DNA from: Chloroflexota bacterium
GTDB lineage: Bacteria; Chloroflexota; Limnocylindria; P2-11E
Direction of reading: 5' to 3'
DNA length: 52,702 nucleotides
Assembly: GCA_031404235.1 (NCBI GenBank)
Contig: JANNHF010000059.1
Span: forward strand, 1-52,702
Below are positions 25,441-34,255 of the stretch, piece after piece. Position 1 is the first letter of the stretch. Every line of letters begins with the position of its first letter. The notes below the pieces were generated by a model that saw only the letters and a list, made by a program, of their open reading frames with translations, did no database searches and was not told where the DNA came from. The translations under genes were made by a program, and so were the position numbers.

Positions 25441-26172
25441 CTAGAGATCGACCGTCGTGCCATCGTCGGCAAGCCTCCACGCCAGCTCGCCGCGGCGCGC
25501 GAGCGTCTCCGCACCGGCGTGGGTGAGAACGACTCGCTTCGCGCGCAGCTCGTCGCGGTGGGCGAGCAGGGTCGCATGGGACAGGTGCTGCGGGATGCGC
25601 TTCTCGAAGGAGTACGCCTCGGCGATGAAGAGGTCGGCGTCGTCCGCGAGACGGGGTAACGCGTCGCACCAGTCCGTGTCGCCGGTGTAGGCCACGACGC
25701 GTCCGTCCACCTGCACCCGCAGGCCGTGCGGGACGGTCTCCGGCAGGTGCGCGACGGGAAGGCCCACGACGTCCAGCGGGCCGATCCGAGCCGACGTCTC
25801 GCCGACCTCGAGATACGAGACCGCGAAGCGCTGCTCCGTGCGCGACGACGTCGGAAGCGCCGCTTCGAACACGGCCGTCATCCGTTCGCGCACGCCTGGT
25901 GGACCTGCGACGGCAAGCGGACGCTCGCGCCTGCTGAACTGGCCGTCGAGGATGAGGTAGGGGACCCCACCGCAGTGATCGCCATGGAAATGCGTGAGCA
26001 GAACGGCATCGATGGAGCCGGGATCGATCCCGGCGCGCTTTAGGGCGACGAGCGAGGTCGCGCCGCAGTCGATGAGAAAGCGGTAGCCGTCGGCATCGAC
26101 GAGGATGCACGTCTGGAAACGGCCACCGTTCCCAAATGAGTCTCCGCTTCCGATGAAGCGGACGCGCGTCAC
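25441..26172 (-). CDS. MBL-fold metallo-hydrolase
   Basis: It has the THFHGDHCGG metal-binding motif and a beta-lactamase-fold layout. The GTG at 26172 overlaps the stop of the upstream C39-like gene (GTGA). Confidence 0.8.
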   Translation of the reverse strand: MTRVRFIGSGDSFGNGGRFQTCILVDADGYRFLIDCGATSLVALKRAGIDPGSIDAVLLTHFHGDHCGGVPYLILDGQFSRRERPLAVAGPPGVRERMTAVFEAALPTSSRTEQRFAVSYLEVGETSARIGPLDVVGLPVAHLPETVPHGLRVQVDGRVVAYTGDTDWCDALPRLADDADLFIAEAYSFEKRIPQHLSHATLLAHRDELRAKRVVLTHAGAETLARRGELAWRLADDGTTVDL

Positions 26173-27272
26173 TCGGTCGGGACGCGCTCGATCGGTATGA
26201 TGCGGAGCATCGCGAGGTAGACCGCGTACGGATCCGGCGGCGAGGCGACCCCGCTTGACGGCACCGTGCTCACGCCGGCCACGGTCTGCGCGGCGCGGTC
26301 AGCGTCCTGCTGACGCCCCAGCGCGCGGAGCGTCTGCGGGTACGAGTTGCGAAGGCCGAAGATGCCCTGCGACGAGCCCATCGCGAGGCCCTTCTCGAAC
26401 GCGGCGACCGCCTCCTCGAACATGCCAAAGGAGTACGAGGCCTCGGCGTACGCGAGCCATGCGAAGTTCGTGTTCTGCGCGACCGCGTCCGCCTTCGTGC
26501 GCTCGTACAGAGAGCGTCGCATGATCAGGTCGTTCCACTGGTCGCCGACGATCGCCCTCAGGAGCTTCTCGTCCTCCGCCTTGTAGATGACCATGTACCG
26601 GAACGCGAACGACTGCCCGTTGCGGGCGAAGAAGTCGTACGAAAGCGGGAAGTTGTTCCCGCGCATCGAGTCGTTGACGTAGAAGACGCTCTTCGCGTCG
26701 TCGTAACCGCGGACGGTGCGCCAGTGTGAGACGCGAGAGACCCATGGCTCTTCCATCCACTGAGTCACCATCGGCGCGAAGCCGTTCGCGACGAGCGCCT
26801 TCAGGATCTCGTTCGTACCGTTGTTGCGCCAGGTCGAGCGAAGATCGAAGTTCTCTTTCACCCACGGGCCGACGCCCTGCGGTCCCATGCCGCGGCGTAC
26901 GTCGGGGCCGCGGAGCGCGAGTCGGGCGGTCTCCTGATTGACGTCGACGCCAAGAGTCGAGAGCGCCATGACGACCGCCGCGGGTCCGCAGTTGTTGAGC
27001 GACTGCCAGACGTGCTTCATCTCCGGGAACACAGCGCTCGCGGGCGTGGAGACAGGGGTCGGAAGCTGTTCTGATGTCGGGACGGTCGGAGCGCTGATCG
27101 CGGCGGCAGCGGGCTGCGCATCGACGACGGTCGTAACGCTGGCTTCGAACGATGCGGTATCAACGACGACGGCGCTCTGCGCGGTCTCGACCGGGCGCAA
27201 AGCGACGCCCCCGGCGAGCACGATGCCGGCGGTCAGGGCAAAAGCGGCAACGGACAGCCCTCGACCTCTCAT
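26169..27272 (-). CDS. Secreted/membrane-anchored C39-like cysteine peptidase domain protein with TPR-like C-terminus
   Basis: The N-terminal anchor is MRGRGLSVAAFALTAGIVLAGGVAL. It has the catalytic-Cys context QSLNNCGPAAVVMALSTLG, later VSHWRTVRGYDD, and a helical repeat tail. I chose the start at ATG 27272; the ORF-track extension to 28169 is antisense to the hemB-like gene. Confidence 0.7.
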   Translation of the reverse strand: MRGRGLSVAAFALTAGIVLAGGVALRPVETAQSAVVVDTASFEASVTTVVDAQPAAAAISAPTVPTSEQLPTPVSTPASAVFPEMKHVWQSLNNCGPAAVVMALSTLGVDVNQETARLALRGPDVRRGMGPQGVGPWVKENFDLRSTWRNNGTNEILKALVANGFAPMVTQWMEEPWVSRVSHWRTVRGYDDAKSVFYVNDSMRGNNFPLSYDFFARNGQSFAFRYMVIYKAEDEKLLRAIVGDQWNDLIMRRSLYERTKADAVAQNTNFAWLAYAEASYSFGMFEEAVAAFEKGLAMGSSQGIFGLRNSYPQTLRALGRQQDADRAAQTVAGVSTVPSSGVASPPDPYAVYLAMLRIIPIERVPTE

Positions 27273-27347
27273 ATGTGACCTACAGGGTAAGCCTCCTGGA
27301 GGTTCGGGACGAGTCCGGGCCAGTCCCAGGCACGTACCATCCGGACG

Positions 27348-28298
27348 GTGAGCCCGACGACACTGGTCCGCGGCCGGCTCCGTGACCACCCCCTGTGGTC
27401 CCGGGCGCTGTCCGCGCCCGAGATCGTCGGGCGGCTCATCCAGCCGGTCATCGTCTCGGCGCGGGTCGAGGATCGCGAGCGGGTGCAGGAGGCGCCGTTC
27501 CTCGAGCGCCTTTCGCTGACCGAGCTCGTGCGCGACTCGCGTGCAGCGGCGTCGAGCGGGCTCGCGGGCTTCCTGATCTTCGCCGCGTCGGACCGCAAGG
27601 ACGAGCTTGCGCTGCTCGCGAGCGAGCGGGACCACATCGTCGCCCGCGCGATCCATGCCGTGAAGGACGCCGCGCCCGATCTCGCGGTGGCGACGGATGT
27701 TTGCGTCTGCGCCTACACCCCGCACGGACAGTGCGTGCTCTTCGCGGAGGGACAGGCGGATGTCGCCCGAACGCTCGACCGGCTCGCTGAGATCGCAGCC
27801 GTACACGCGGATGCTGGCGCGGACCTGCTCGTCCCATCGGGGATGCTCGAGGGCAGCGTTCGCGCGCTGCGCGCGGCCGTGTCCTCGGCCGGCCGGCCGG
27901 AGCTGCCGATCGCCGCGATGGTCAAGCTCGACAGCGTTCTGTACGGCGCGCACCGCGCGGCCGTCGAGGCGATACCGGCGGCCGACCGGGCCGTGCCGCT
28001 CATCGCGGTCGACGACCCTGACGGCGCACGAACGCGCGCGGCACGCGAGGTGGCGGCGGGCGCTGACGCGGTCGTCCTGAAGCCTGGCCTGGTCACGCTC
28101 GATCTCGTCTCGCGGCTGTCCGAGTCGGTCGATCGACCGGTGATCTCCTTCTTCACCGCCGACGAGCACGCCTTCTTCATCACACCCGATGACCCACGGG
28201 ACCTCGCGGCCGCGGAGCGGGAGACGTTCGTCGCGGCGCGGCGGGCGGGTGCGGATCTTCTGATCAGCTACGGCGCCATGCGCGCGGCCGCCGAGTGA
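27348..28298 (+). CDS. Porphobilinogen synthase (ALAD/HemB) family protein, diverged
   Basis: It has the Zn-Cys triad DVCVCAYTPHGQC, GADLLVPSGMLEGSVRALR and both active-site Lys contexts (AAMVKLDS, AVVLKPG). YGPFR is replaced by YGAHR and VSGEY by TADEH. The start is a GTG at 27348. Confidence 0.7.
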   Translation: MSPTTLVRGRLRDHPLWSRALSAPEIVGRLIQPVIVSARVEDRERVQEAPFLERLSLTELVRDSRAAASSGLAGFLIFAASDRKDELALLASERDHIVARAIHAVKDAAPDLAVATDVCVCAYTPHGQCVLFAEGQADVARTLDRLAEIAAVHADAGADLLVPSGMLEGSVRALRAAVSSAGRPELPIAAMVKLDSVLYGAHRAAVEAIPAADRAVPLIAVDDPDGARTRAAREVAAGADAVVLKPGLVTLDLVSRLSESVDRPVISFFTADEHAFFITPDDPRDLAAAERETFVAARRAGADLLISYGAMRAAAE

Positions 28299-29173
28299 TC
28301 GGCGCCCGGACGATCCGCAGGGTCGAGCGATACCTCGCGGTGTTCGTCGCGTTCGCGATGCAGCTCGTCGCTGTCGCCGTGATCGGCGACGTGCTCGCCA
28401 CCACGCCTCGCGAGGCTGACGTGCCGCCGCTCGCTAACGTGCCACTGCTCGCTGACGTGCCGCTGCTCTCTCAAGAGTCGCTGCTCTCCGGCGGCGTCAC
28501 AGCGCGCGTCGCGCCGTTCGCCCGCGGGGAGCGGCTCATCACGATCGCTCACACCGTCGAGCTCGCTCGCGAGACGACGCCCGTGCCGAGCGCTGAAGCT
28601 CTGGTCGGACCGACCGTGGATGTGGCGCTCGCGCCGGCCGCAGAGGTCGCGCCCGAAGGGGAGCCTGCGCCGCAGCGACCGCCCGAGCCACCGCCGGCGC
28701 CTACGGCGCGACCCGCGCCACCGCTCCCCGCCATCACGGCGCGACCCGCGCCACCGCCCCCCGCCATCACGACGTCGCTCGCGACGCAGCAAGCGGAGCA
28801 GCGGATGCTCGCCCTCATGAACGCGTCGCGGCTACAGGGGGGCCTGGTGCCCCTCGCGCTCGACGCTGGCGTCTCCGACGCGGCGCGGCGGCATAGTGCG
28901 GTCGAGGCGCAGCACCGCTACGTGTACCACGACGGGCCTGATGGGACGGCGAAGTCGCGGTACGTACCCGCGTGCGGCACCGGCTGGTACGGCGAGAACA
29001 CGGGCAAGGTGTGGAGCGGCGGGGTCGACGTGCTGCATCGAGAGTTCATGGCCGAGCCGTGGGAGCCGATCAACCATCGGACGAACATCATGGATCCGAA
29101 CTTCCGCCGTGCCGGCATCGGCGCGGTGCAGGGCCCGGACGCGATCTACGTCACCGTAGCGTTCTGCCGCTAA
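28295..29173 (+). CDS. CAP/SCP (YkwD-like) domain secreted protein with Pro-rich repeat linker
   Basis: It has an N-terminal TM helix, repeats, and a C-terminal CAP-like domain (LALMNASR..., ENTG, HRTNIMDPNFRRAGIG). The GTG at 28295 overlaps the hemB-like stop (GTGA). Confidence 0.75.
   Translation: MIGARTIRRVERYLAVFVAFAMQLVAVAVIGDVLATTPREADVPPLANVPLLADVPLLSQESLLSGGVTARVAPFARGERLITIAHTVELARETTPVPSAEALVGPTVDVALAPAAEVAPEGEPAPQRPPEPPPAPTARPAPPLPAITARPAPPPPAITTSLATQQAEQRMLALMNASRLQGGLVPLALDAGVSDAARRHSAVEAQHRYVYHDGPDGTAKSRYVPACGTGWYGENTGKVWSGGVDVLHREFMAEPWEPINHRTNIMDPNFRRAGIGAVQGPDAIYVTVAFCR
28415..28468 (+). repeat. 3 x 18-nt in-frame tandem repeat (ADVPPL/ANVPLL/ADVPLL)
   Basis: The three units are gctgacgtgccgccgctc, gctaacgtgccactgctc and gctgacgtgccgctgctc. 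Confidence 0.9.
28703..28768 (+). repeat. 2 x 33-nt in-frame tandem repeat (TARPAPPLPAI / TARPAPPPPAI)
   Basis: acggcgcgacccgcgccaccgctccccgccatc is repeated with two substitutions (tc to cc). Confidence 0.9.
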
Positions 29174-29436
29174 GTCTTCTGCGCTCGGCGCTGCGCCAGT
29201 TGGCGCCCGACGTCGGCGCGCGTGATGCCACCCGTCGACTGCCAATCGTGCTTCTCGTCGCGCACGTTCGCCGCGCAGAATGCCCAGCGGCCATCGACGA
29301 CCGTGATGTGGTCGCTCTCCAGCTGCGGGTCGCGCAGATGGTCAGGCAGCACGCACAGGAAATGGATGAGCGCGTCAGACCGGCCAGTCACAGCCGATTC
29401 CCTCCTCACGCTCGTGTCACATTGGACCTCTCGCAA
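29170..29436 (-). CDS. Small hypothetical protein (start uncertain)
   Basis: The open frame has a protein-like C-terminal half (HITVVDGRWAFCAANVRDEKHDWQSTGGITRADVGRQL). I recognised no family. It fills the gap between the CAP gene and the M16 peptidase gene. Confidence 0.35.
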   Translation of the reverse strand: MREVQCDTSVRRESAVTGRSDALIHFLCVLPDHLRDPQLESDHITVVDGRWAFCAANVRDEKHDWQSTGGITRADVGRQLAQRRAQKT

Positions 29437-30743
29437 TGCTAGCGTTCGGCGCGGTGGAGTACCTGAAGCGCACCCTTCCGAACGGGGTCCGCATCCTCGT
29501 CGCGGAGATGCCGGAGACCCGCTCGGCGTCGCTTGCGGTGTTCGTCGGCGCAGGATCGCGCATGGAGAGCCGCATCGACGCGGGTACGAGCCACTTCCTC
29601 GAGCACATGGTGTTCAAGGGGACCGCGAAGCGTCAGACCGCCGCTGACATCAGCATGGAGATCGAGAGCCGCGGTGGTGTCGTGAACGCCGCGACCGACA
29701 AAGAGGTCACGGTCTTCTGGACCCGCGTGCCGGCGAGGCACTGGCGCATCGCGCTCGATGTCATCGCCGACATGATCCTCGCGCCGATGCTGCGCGACTC
29801 CGATGTCGAGTCGGAGAAGAAGGTCATCGTCGAAGAGCTCCGCATGTATCGGGACCAGCCGCAGGACCGCGTCCACACGCTCGTCGACGAGCTCCTGTAT
29901 CCGAACCATCCCCTGGGCTGGGAGGTCGCCGGGCGCGAACCGGTCGTGCTCGGCATGACGGCCAGCCAGATCCGCGGCTTCATGGATCGCGGGTACGCGC
30001 CAAAGAAGATCGTCATCGCGCTCGCCGGCAAAGTGGACGGGACTGAGGTCACGGACGCGATCGCGGAGCTCTTCGCCCCCATCGCCGACCGACCCGCGCC
30101 GAAGCTCAAGCCCGCACCCAAGCCGTCGAAGACGCGCGTGAAGCTCCTGGGAAAACGGACGGAGCAGGCGCACGTGTGCATCGGCTGGCGCGGCGTGCCG
30201 CAGGTGCATCCGGACAAATACACGCTCGACATGCTGAACGCGATCCTCGGCGAGGGGATGTCGAGCCGGCTGTTCCTGGAGCTCCGCGAGAAGCGCGCGC
30301 TCGCGTACGACGTGCACTCGTTCTCGTCTAACTACCTCGACGCCGGCCACGAGGTCATCTATGCCGGTATCGCGCCTGATCGCATCGGCGAGGTCGTCGA
30401 GGCGGCGCTCGCGCAGGTCGCCCGCCTGCGCGATGAGATCGTGCCCGCCACCGAGCTCGAGCGCGTGCGCGATTTCAACAAGGGTCGGCTCGAGCTGCGG
30501 CTCGAGGACACGAGGGGCGTTTCGAACTGGCTCGCCGGGCAGGAGCTGTTCCTCGATCGCGTGCGGTCCGTCGAGGAGGTATGCGACATCATCGACAGCG
30601 TCAGCGCGGAGGACATCCAGCGCGCGGCGCAGCAGTACCTGCGACCCGAGCTCGCGTATATCGCCGCGGTGGGTCCGCGCGCCGCCGTCGCTACGATCCG
30701 CGCGCCGGAGGGCGCGGAGGTCGTGATGGAGATCGCGTCGTGA
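29436..30743 (+). CDS. M16 family (pitrilysin-like) zinc peptidase
   Basis: It has the inverted zinc motif HFLEH followed by downstream E residues (the NAATDKE region). The size of about 435 aa is typical. Confidence 0.9.
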   Translation: MLAFGAVEYLKRTLPNGVRILVAEMPETRSASLAVFVGAGSRMESRIDAGTSHFLEHMVFKGTAKRQTAADISMEIESRGGVVNAATDKEVTVFWTRVPARHWRIALDVIADMILAPMLRDSDVESEKKVIVEELRMYRDQPQDRVHTLVDELLYPNHPLGWEVAGREPVVLGMTASQIRGFMDRGYAPKKIVIALAGKVDGTEVTDAIAELFAPIADRPAPKLKPAPKPSKTRVKLLGKRTEQAHVCIGWRGVPQVHPDKYTLDMLNAILGEGMSSRLFLELREKRALAYDVHSFSSNYLDAGHEVIYAGIAPDRIGEVVEAALAQVARLRDEIVPATELERVRDFNKGRLELRLEDTRGVSNWLAGQELFLDRVRSVEEVCDIIDSVSAEDIQRAAQQYLRPELAYIAAVGPRAAVATIRAPEGAEVVMEIAS

Positions 30744-31213
30744 GCCCGGAGCAGAGCGTCGAGCGGACCCTGGTGGTCCTCAAGCCCGACGCTGTGCAGC
30801 GCGGGATCTCCGGCGAGATCCTGGCGCGGTTCGAGCGGAGGGGGCTGCGCATCGCGGCGCTGCGCCTCTTGCGCGTCGAGCGCGCGATGGCAGAGAAGCA
30901 TTACGCGGTGCACAAGGGGAAGTTCTTCTATGACGACCTGGTCAAGGTCATCAGCTCGTCACCGGTCGTCGCGATCGTGCTCGAGGGACCGAACGCGATC
31001 GCCGTTGTTCGCTCCATGGTCGGCGCGACGCGGCCGCACGAGGCGGCGCCGGGCACGATCCGCGGCGACTACGCGCTGGTGGGGCTGCGCAATCTCGTTC
31101 ATGCCAGCGACGCGCCCGAGACCGCGCAGAGCGAGATCGCGCTGTGGTTCCAGGACGGCGTCGTCGAGTACACCCGCGACGTGGAGCGCTGGATGACGGA
31201 GGACCGGGCATAG
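30740..31213 (+). CDS. ndk: Nucleoside diphosphate kinase
   Basis: It has ERTLVVLKPDAVQRG, FYDDLV, GATRP..AAPGTIRGDY and NLVHASD (catalytic His). The GTG at 30740 overlaps the peptidase stop. Confidence 0.95.
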   Translation: MSPEQSVERTLVVLKPDAVQRGISGEILARFERRGLRIAALRLLRVERAMAEKHYAVHKGKFFYDDLVKVISSSPVVAIVLEGPNAIAVVRSMVGATRPHEAAPGTIRGDYALVGLRNLVHASDAPETAQSEIALWFQDGVVEYTRDVERWMTEDRA

Positions 31214-31239
31214 TCGCGCCCAGGCGCGACCGGCCCAGC

Positions 31240-31710
31240 GTGCCGAAGGGATACATCACGCGCGCCGCGAAAGGGATGCTCGAATGGAGCGACGCGGAGC
31301 GCATCCTGCGCGTCGGCCGTTTCTACTGGATCGCCACCACCAACGCCGACGGCAGCCCGCACCTGGTGCAGCAATGGGCGGCCTGGGTCGACGAGCGGGT
31401 GTACTTCGAAGGCAGCGAGCGCACGCGATGGGCGCGCAACCTCGCGCGAGATGGGCGTGTCGGGTTCGGCACCCAGGTCGGCACGCGCGCCGTCTTCGGG
31501 CAGGGCACGGTCCACGTCGTGCGCGGCGTCGAGCCTGGTCTCGCGAAGCGCATCGCGAGCCAGTACGCGACGAAGTACGGGCGGACCTTCGACTACCGGC
31601 CGAAACCGGAGCAATACGTGAAGGGTCCGGTGTTCCGCGCGACGCCGTCGAAGATCATCGCCTTCGATGTGAAACACTTCACCGCGTCTGGAACTCGCTT
31701 CACGTTCTAG
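31240..31710 (+). CDS. Pyridoxamine 5'-phosphate oxidase family protein (possible F420/FMN-binding split barrel)
   Basis: The pattern FYWIATTNADGSPHLVQQWAAWVDERVYFEGSERTRWARNLARDGRV is typical of the PNPOx-like fold. The start is GTG 31240 or ATG 31276. Confidence 0.7.
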   Translation: MPKGYITRAAKGMLEWSDAERILRVGRFYWIATTNADGSPHLVQQWAAWVDERVYFEGSERTRWARNLARDGRVGFGTQVGTRAVFGQGTVHVVRGVEPGLAKRIASQYATKYGRTFDYRPKPEQYVKGPVFRATPSKIIAFDVKHFTASGTRFTF

Positions 31711-32318
31711 CGGTGGGGGGTAGGGGAGCGTGGCAACAGTTCTTCGGGCATCACTGCTTCTGCGCACCGGTCACGGCGAGCGGCAGCTCGTCGTGCGCGA
31801 GCTTCGTTCCGATCAGCGGGTGATGCAGCGCATCAATCCCGGCACACCGGTCGACGACATGCCCTGGACCGAGATCGGCCGCTACAAGGATCTCGAGAAG
31901 GAGCGCGAGCGGCTGCGCATCGACGGCTGGGAGATCGAGGAACCTAGCCTCCGCTAGCCGCAGGGCGGTCAGCCGATCGGAAGCGGGAACGAGGGCTTCC
32001 ATTACCAAACAGTCATGACCGAGGCACCCCGCAGATCTGCCGGGGGAGACAGGCGCAGGCGCTCGATCCGCCGGCGCGCTGCTCGATTCATTGCTCGTCG
32101 AGCGACGCAGATTCCTCGGCGTCAATTGGTATCCGTCCCCGGATGGGCACTACCTATCGCAGATCGACCCGAGCCAGGGCTTCGTCCGGACGCAATTGTT
32201 CGACCTGCGATCGGGGAGCGCGTACCAACTGCTGTTCGAGGGCGGGCCTGTCGGCTGGACGACGAAGAACGATCTCACATCCGCAGGTGATGGGTCCGCG
32301 AACGTGCGGAGGAACTTG

Positions 32319-33671
32319 CTAGAGCGGATGTAGAGCGCGGAGGAACTCGTCAGCGAACGCGGCGATCGGCTGCAGGAAGCCGTCGGGCTGCACCCCGCCG
32401 ATCAGCAGCACCAAGAACACCAGTGCTCCAACGACCCCGGCGATCGGCCGCGGCTCTACGCGCCAGCGTTCCGGGGCGGTGCGGAAGAGGACCATCGCGG
32501 CACGCAGCTGCGCGACGAGGACGCCGAGCGTCGCGATGACCAGCGCCGTACCCATCCACCCGGAGTACGAATAGGCGATGAGCTCCACGAAGAAGTGCCC
32601 TGGGAAGGCGACGAGCGGAGGAGCGCCGATCATCGCGAAGCCGCCGCCGACGAATGCGAGCGCGGCGAGAGGTGCCGTGGTCGCGCTCGGACGATCCGCG
32701 CCCGCGCGGCGCTCGAGCGTCCCGGCGGCGAGGAGCTGCTGTGTCGCAGCCGCGCCGGTGACGAGCGCGATCGCCATCGCGCCGATGATCCCGGGGCCGG
32801 ACAGCGTCGCGATGCCAACGAGGGCGTGTCCGAGGTTCGCGATGACGGAATACACCGCGACGCGCCGGAGCTCGGTCGATCCGGTCGCGAGGAACGCGCC
32901 ACCAAGCGAGGAGGCGATACCGAGCGCCAGAAGCAGGTCCTGGACCTTGCCGATCTGCACGATCGCCGGCAGCAGACCCGAGAGCACGAGGATCTGAGCG
33001 AACGCGATGAACGTCGTCGGCACGAGAACGCCGAAGTACAGCGCGAGCGCCGATGCGGGGACCTCCGACGCGAGCAGCGCGGCGTGCGTGTGGAACGGGA
33101 TGGCGGCGAGCTTCAGGGCGAAGGCGACCACGAGGATCACGACGAGCAGCACGAACGTCGTCGGCGGCTGATCGCGTCCCAGGCTCGCCGACAGCGCGAG
33201 CGCTGCCATACCCAGGAACCCGCCGAGCGCGACGAAGCTGAAGTGACGGTAGGCTGCCTCGACGCTGCGGTTGCGGTGCACCTGGAACGTGAAGGAACCC
33301 ACCGGAACGAGCAATCCGAGGACCAGCACGGCGTAGATCGCGATCGGCGTCGTGAGCACCAGCACCGCGAGCACCACGGCCGCGACAGCCAGTGCGGTGG
33401 GGAAGAAGTTGTAGGCGGGTTCGTCGACCCACACCGCGAGCACCAGCAGCGCCAGCGTTCCGAGCAATATCACCGCTGCGAGCCGCGCGAGGCCGGACAT
33501 ACGCCACGGCAGATCGAGCATCTCGCCCGACGCATCTACCGGGAGCGCGATGACGAAGGCGATCGCCACGGCGAGCGCCGACAGGGTCATGGTCCCGACG
33601 ACCGCGAGACGCTTGCGTACGCCGAAAGCGACGAGCGCCGTGATGCCGAGGAGCGCGATGACCTCGATCAC
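32319..33671 (-). CDS. Complex I subunit N / MrpD-like proton-conducting membrane transporter family protein, diverged
   Basis: It has about 14 TM helices. SVEAAYRHFSFVALGG (NuoN TM5-like) and ALKLAAIPFHTHAALLASEVP (KLG..PFH.W.PD-like) resemble the family motifs. The GTG at 33671 overlaps the upstream stop (GTGA). Confidence 0.65.
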   Translation of the reverse strand: MIEVIALLGITALVAFGVRKRLAVVGTMTLSALAVAIAFVIALPVDASGEMLDLPWRMSGLARLAAVILLGTLALLVLAVWVDEPAYNFFPTALAVAAVVLAVLVLTTPIAIYAVLVLGLLVPVGSFTFQVHRNRSVEAAYRHFSFVALGGFLGMAALALSASLGRDQPPTTFVLLVVILVVAFALKLAAIPFHTHAALLASEVPASALALYFGVLVPTTFIAFAQILVLSGLLPAIVQIGKVQDLLLALGIASSLGGAFLATGSTELRRVAVYSVIANLGHALVGIATLSGPGIIGAMAIALVTGAAATQQLLAAGTLERRAGADRPSATTAPLAALAFVGGGFAMIGAPPLVAFPGHFFVELIAYSYSGWMGTALVIATLGVLVAQLRAAMVLFRTAPERWRVEPRPIAGVVGALVFLVLLIGGVQPDGFLQPIAAFADEFLRALHPL

Positions 33672-34255
33672 GCCTCGCGCGCCGCCCGCTGGTTGACGAT
33701 GAGGAACGCTCCGGCCAGTGCGACGACGACCTGCAGCCACGAGAGCAGCAACGTCAGCGCGAGGTCCGGACCCGGCACCATGCCCACGAGGAGCTGCGTG
33801 CCGGTGAGCATGAGGAGCGCGCCGAGCGAGCCTCGAACGGCGCCCCGCGCCGTGAGCAGGATCGCGATGCCGGAGGAGAGCAGCCAGAACGCGGCCACCT
33901 CCGTCGTGACGCCGCTCGGGTCAGGACCGAACAGATCCGTGTTGATCTCGTCTCCCGTGGCGGGACGCAGGTAGGCGAAGGCCGCCGCGGTCGTCGCGGC
34001 CGCGACGATCGTCGCGATCCACAGCCGCCACCCCGGATCCTCACCGAACCGCTGATCGCCTGCCGCGACGAAGAGGACCGTCGACGCAACGAGCGCGGCG
34101 CAGACCGAAACGACGACCTGCGAAACGGAGAGGCTGCCGTCGTCGATCAGATGCGCGGCGAGCGCGACGCCGAAGAAGGCGACCGCCATGTAGCGCAGCT
34201 GGCGCGCACTGTTCGCCGCGAGCGTTGTCACGGCAACGATCGCGAGCAGGAGCAT
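33668..34255 (-). CDS. Small polytopic membrane protein, NuoK/MrpC-like segments (weak)
   Basis: It is a 195-aa all-TM protein. LLSSGIAILLTARGAVRGSLGALLMLTGTQLL resembles the NuoK/MrpC core. It is coupled at both junctions (TGATG at 34253-34257 and GTGA at 33668-33671). Confidence 0.5.
   Translation of the reverse strand: MLLLAIVAVTTLAANSARQLRYMAVAFFGVALAAHLIDDGSLSVSQVVVSVCAALVASTVLFVAAGDQRFGEDPGWRLWIATIVAAATTAAAFAYLRPATGDEINTDLFGPDPSGVTTEVAAFWLLSSGIAILLTARGAVRGSLGALLMLTGTQLLVGMVPGPDLALTLLLSWLQVVVALAGAFLIVNQRAAREA

Noticed and set aside
27273-28169. N-terminal extension of the 666-aa ORF (C39-like peptidase).
   Set aside because: It is antisense to the HemB-like gene, which has strong family motifs. 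The extension is Arg/Asp/Glu-rich, and a signal-anchor-type N-terminus begins at the internal ATG at 27272.
31730-31957. 75-aa ORF (possibly 45 aa from the GTG near 31820) downstream of the PNPOx-family gene.
   Set aside because: The C-terminal part is protein-like (PWTEIGRYKDLEKERERLRIDGWEIEE), but I found no family, no SD and an ambiguous start. That is not enough to call it a gene, so I leave it as a possible small protein.
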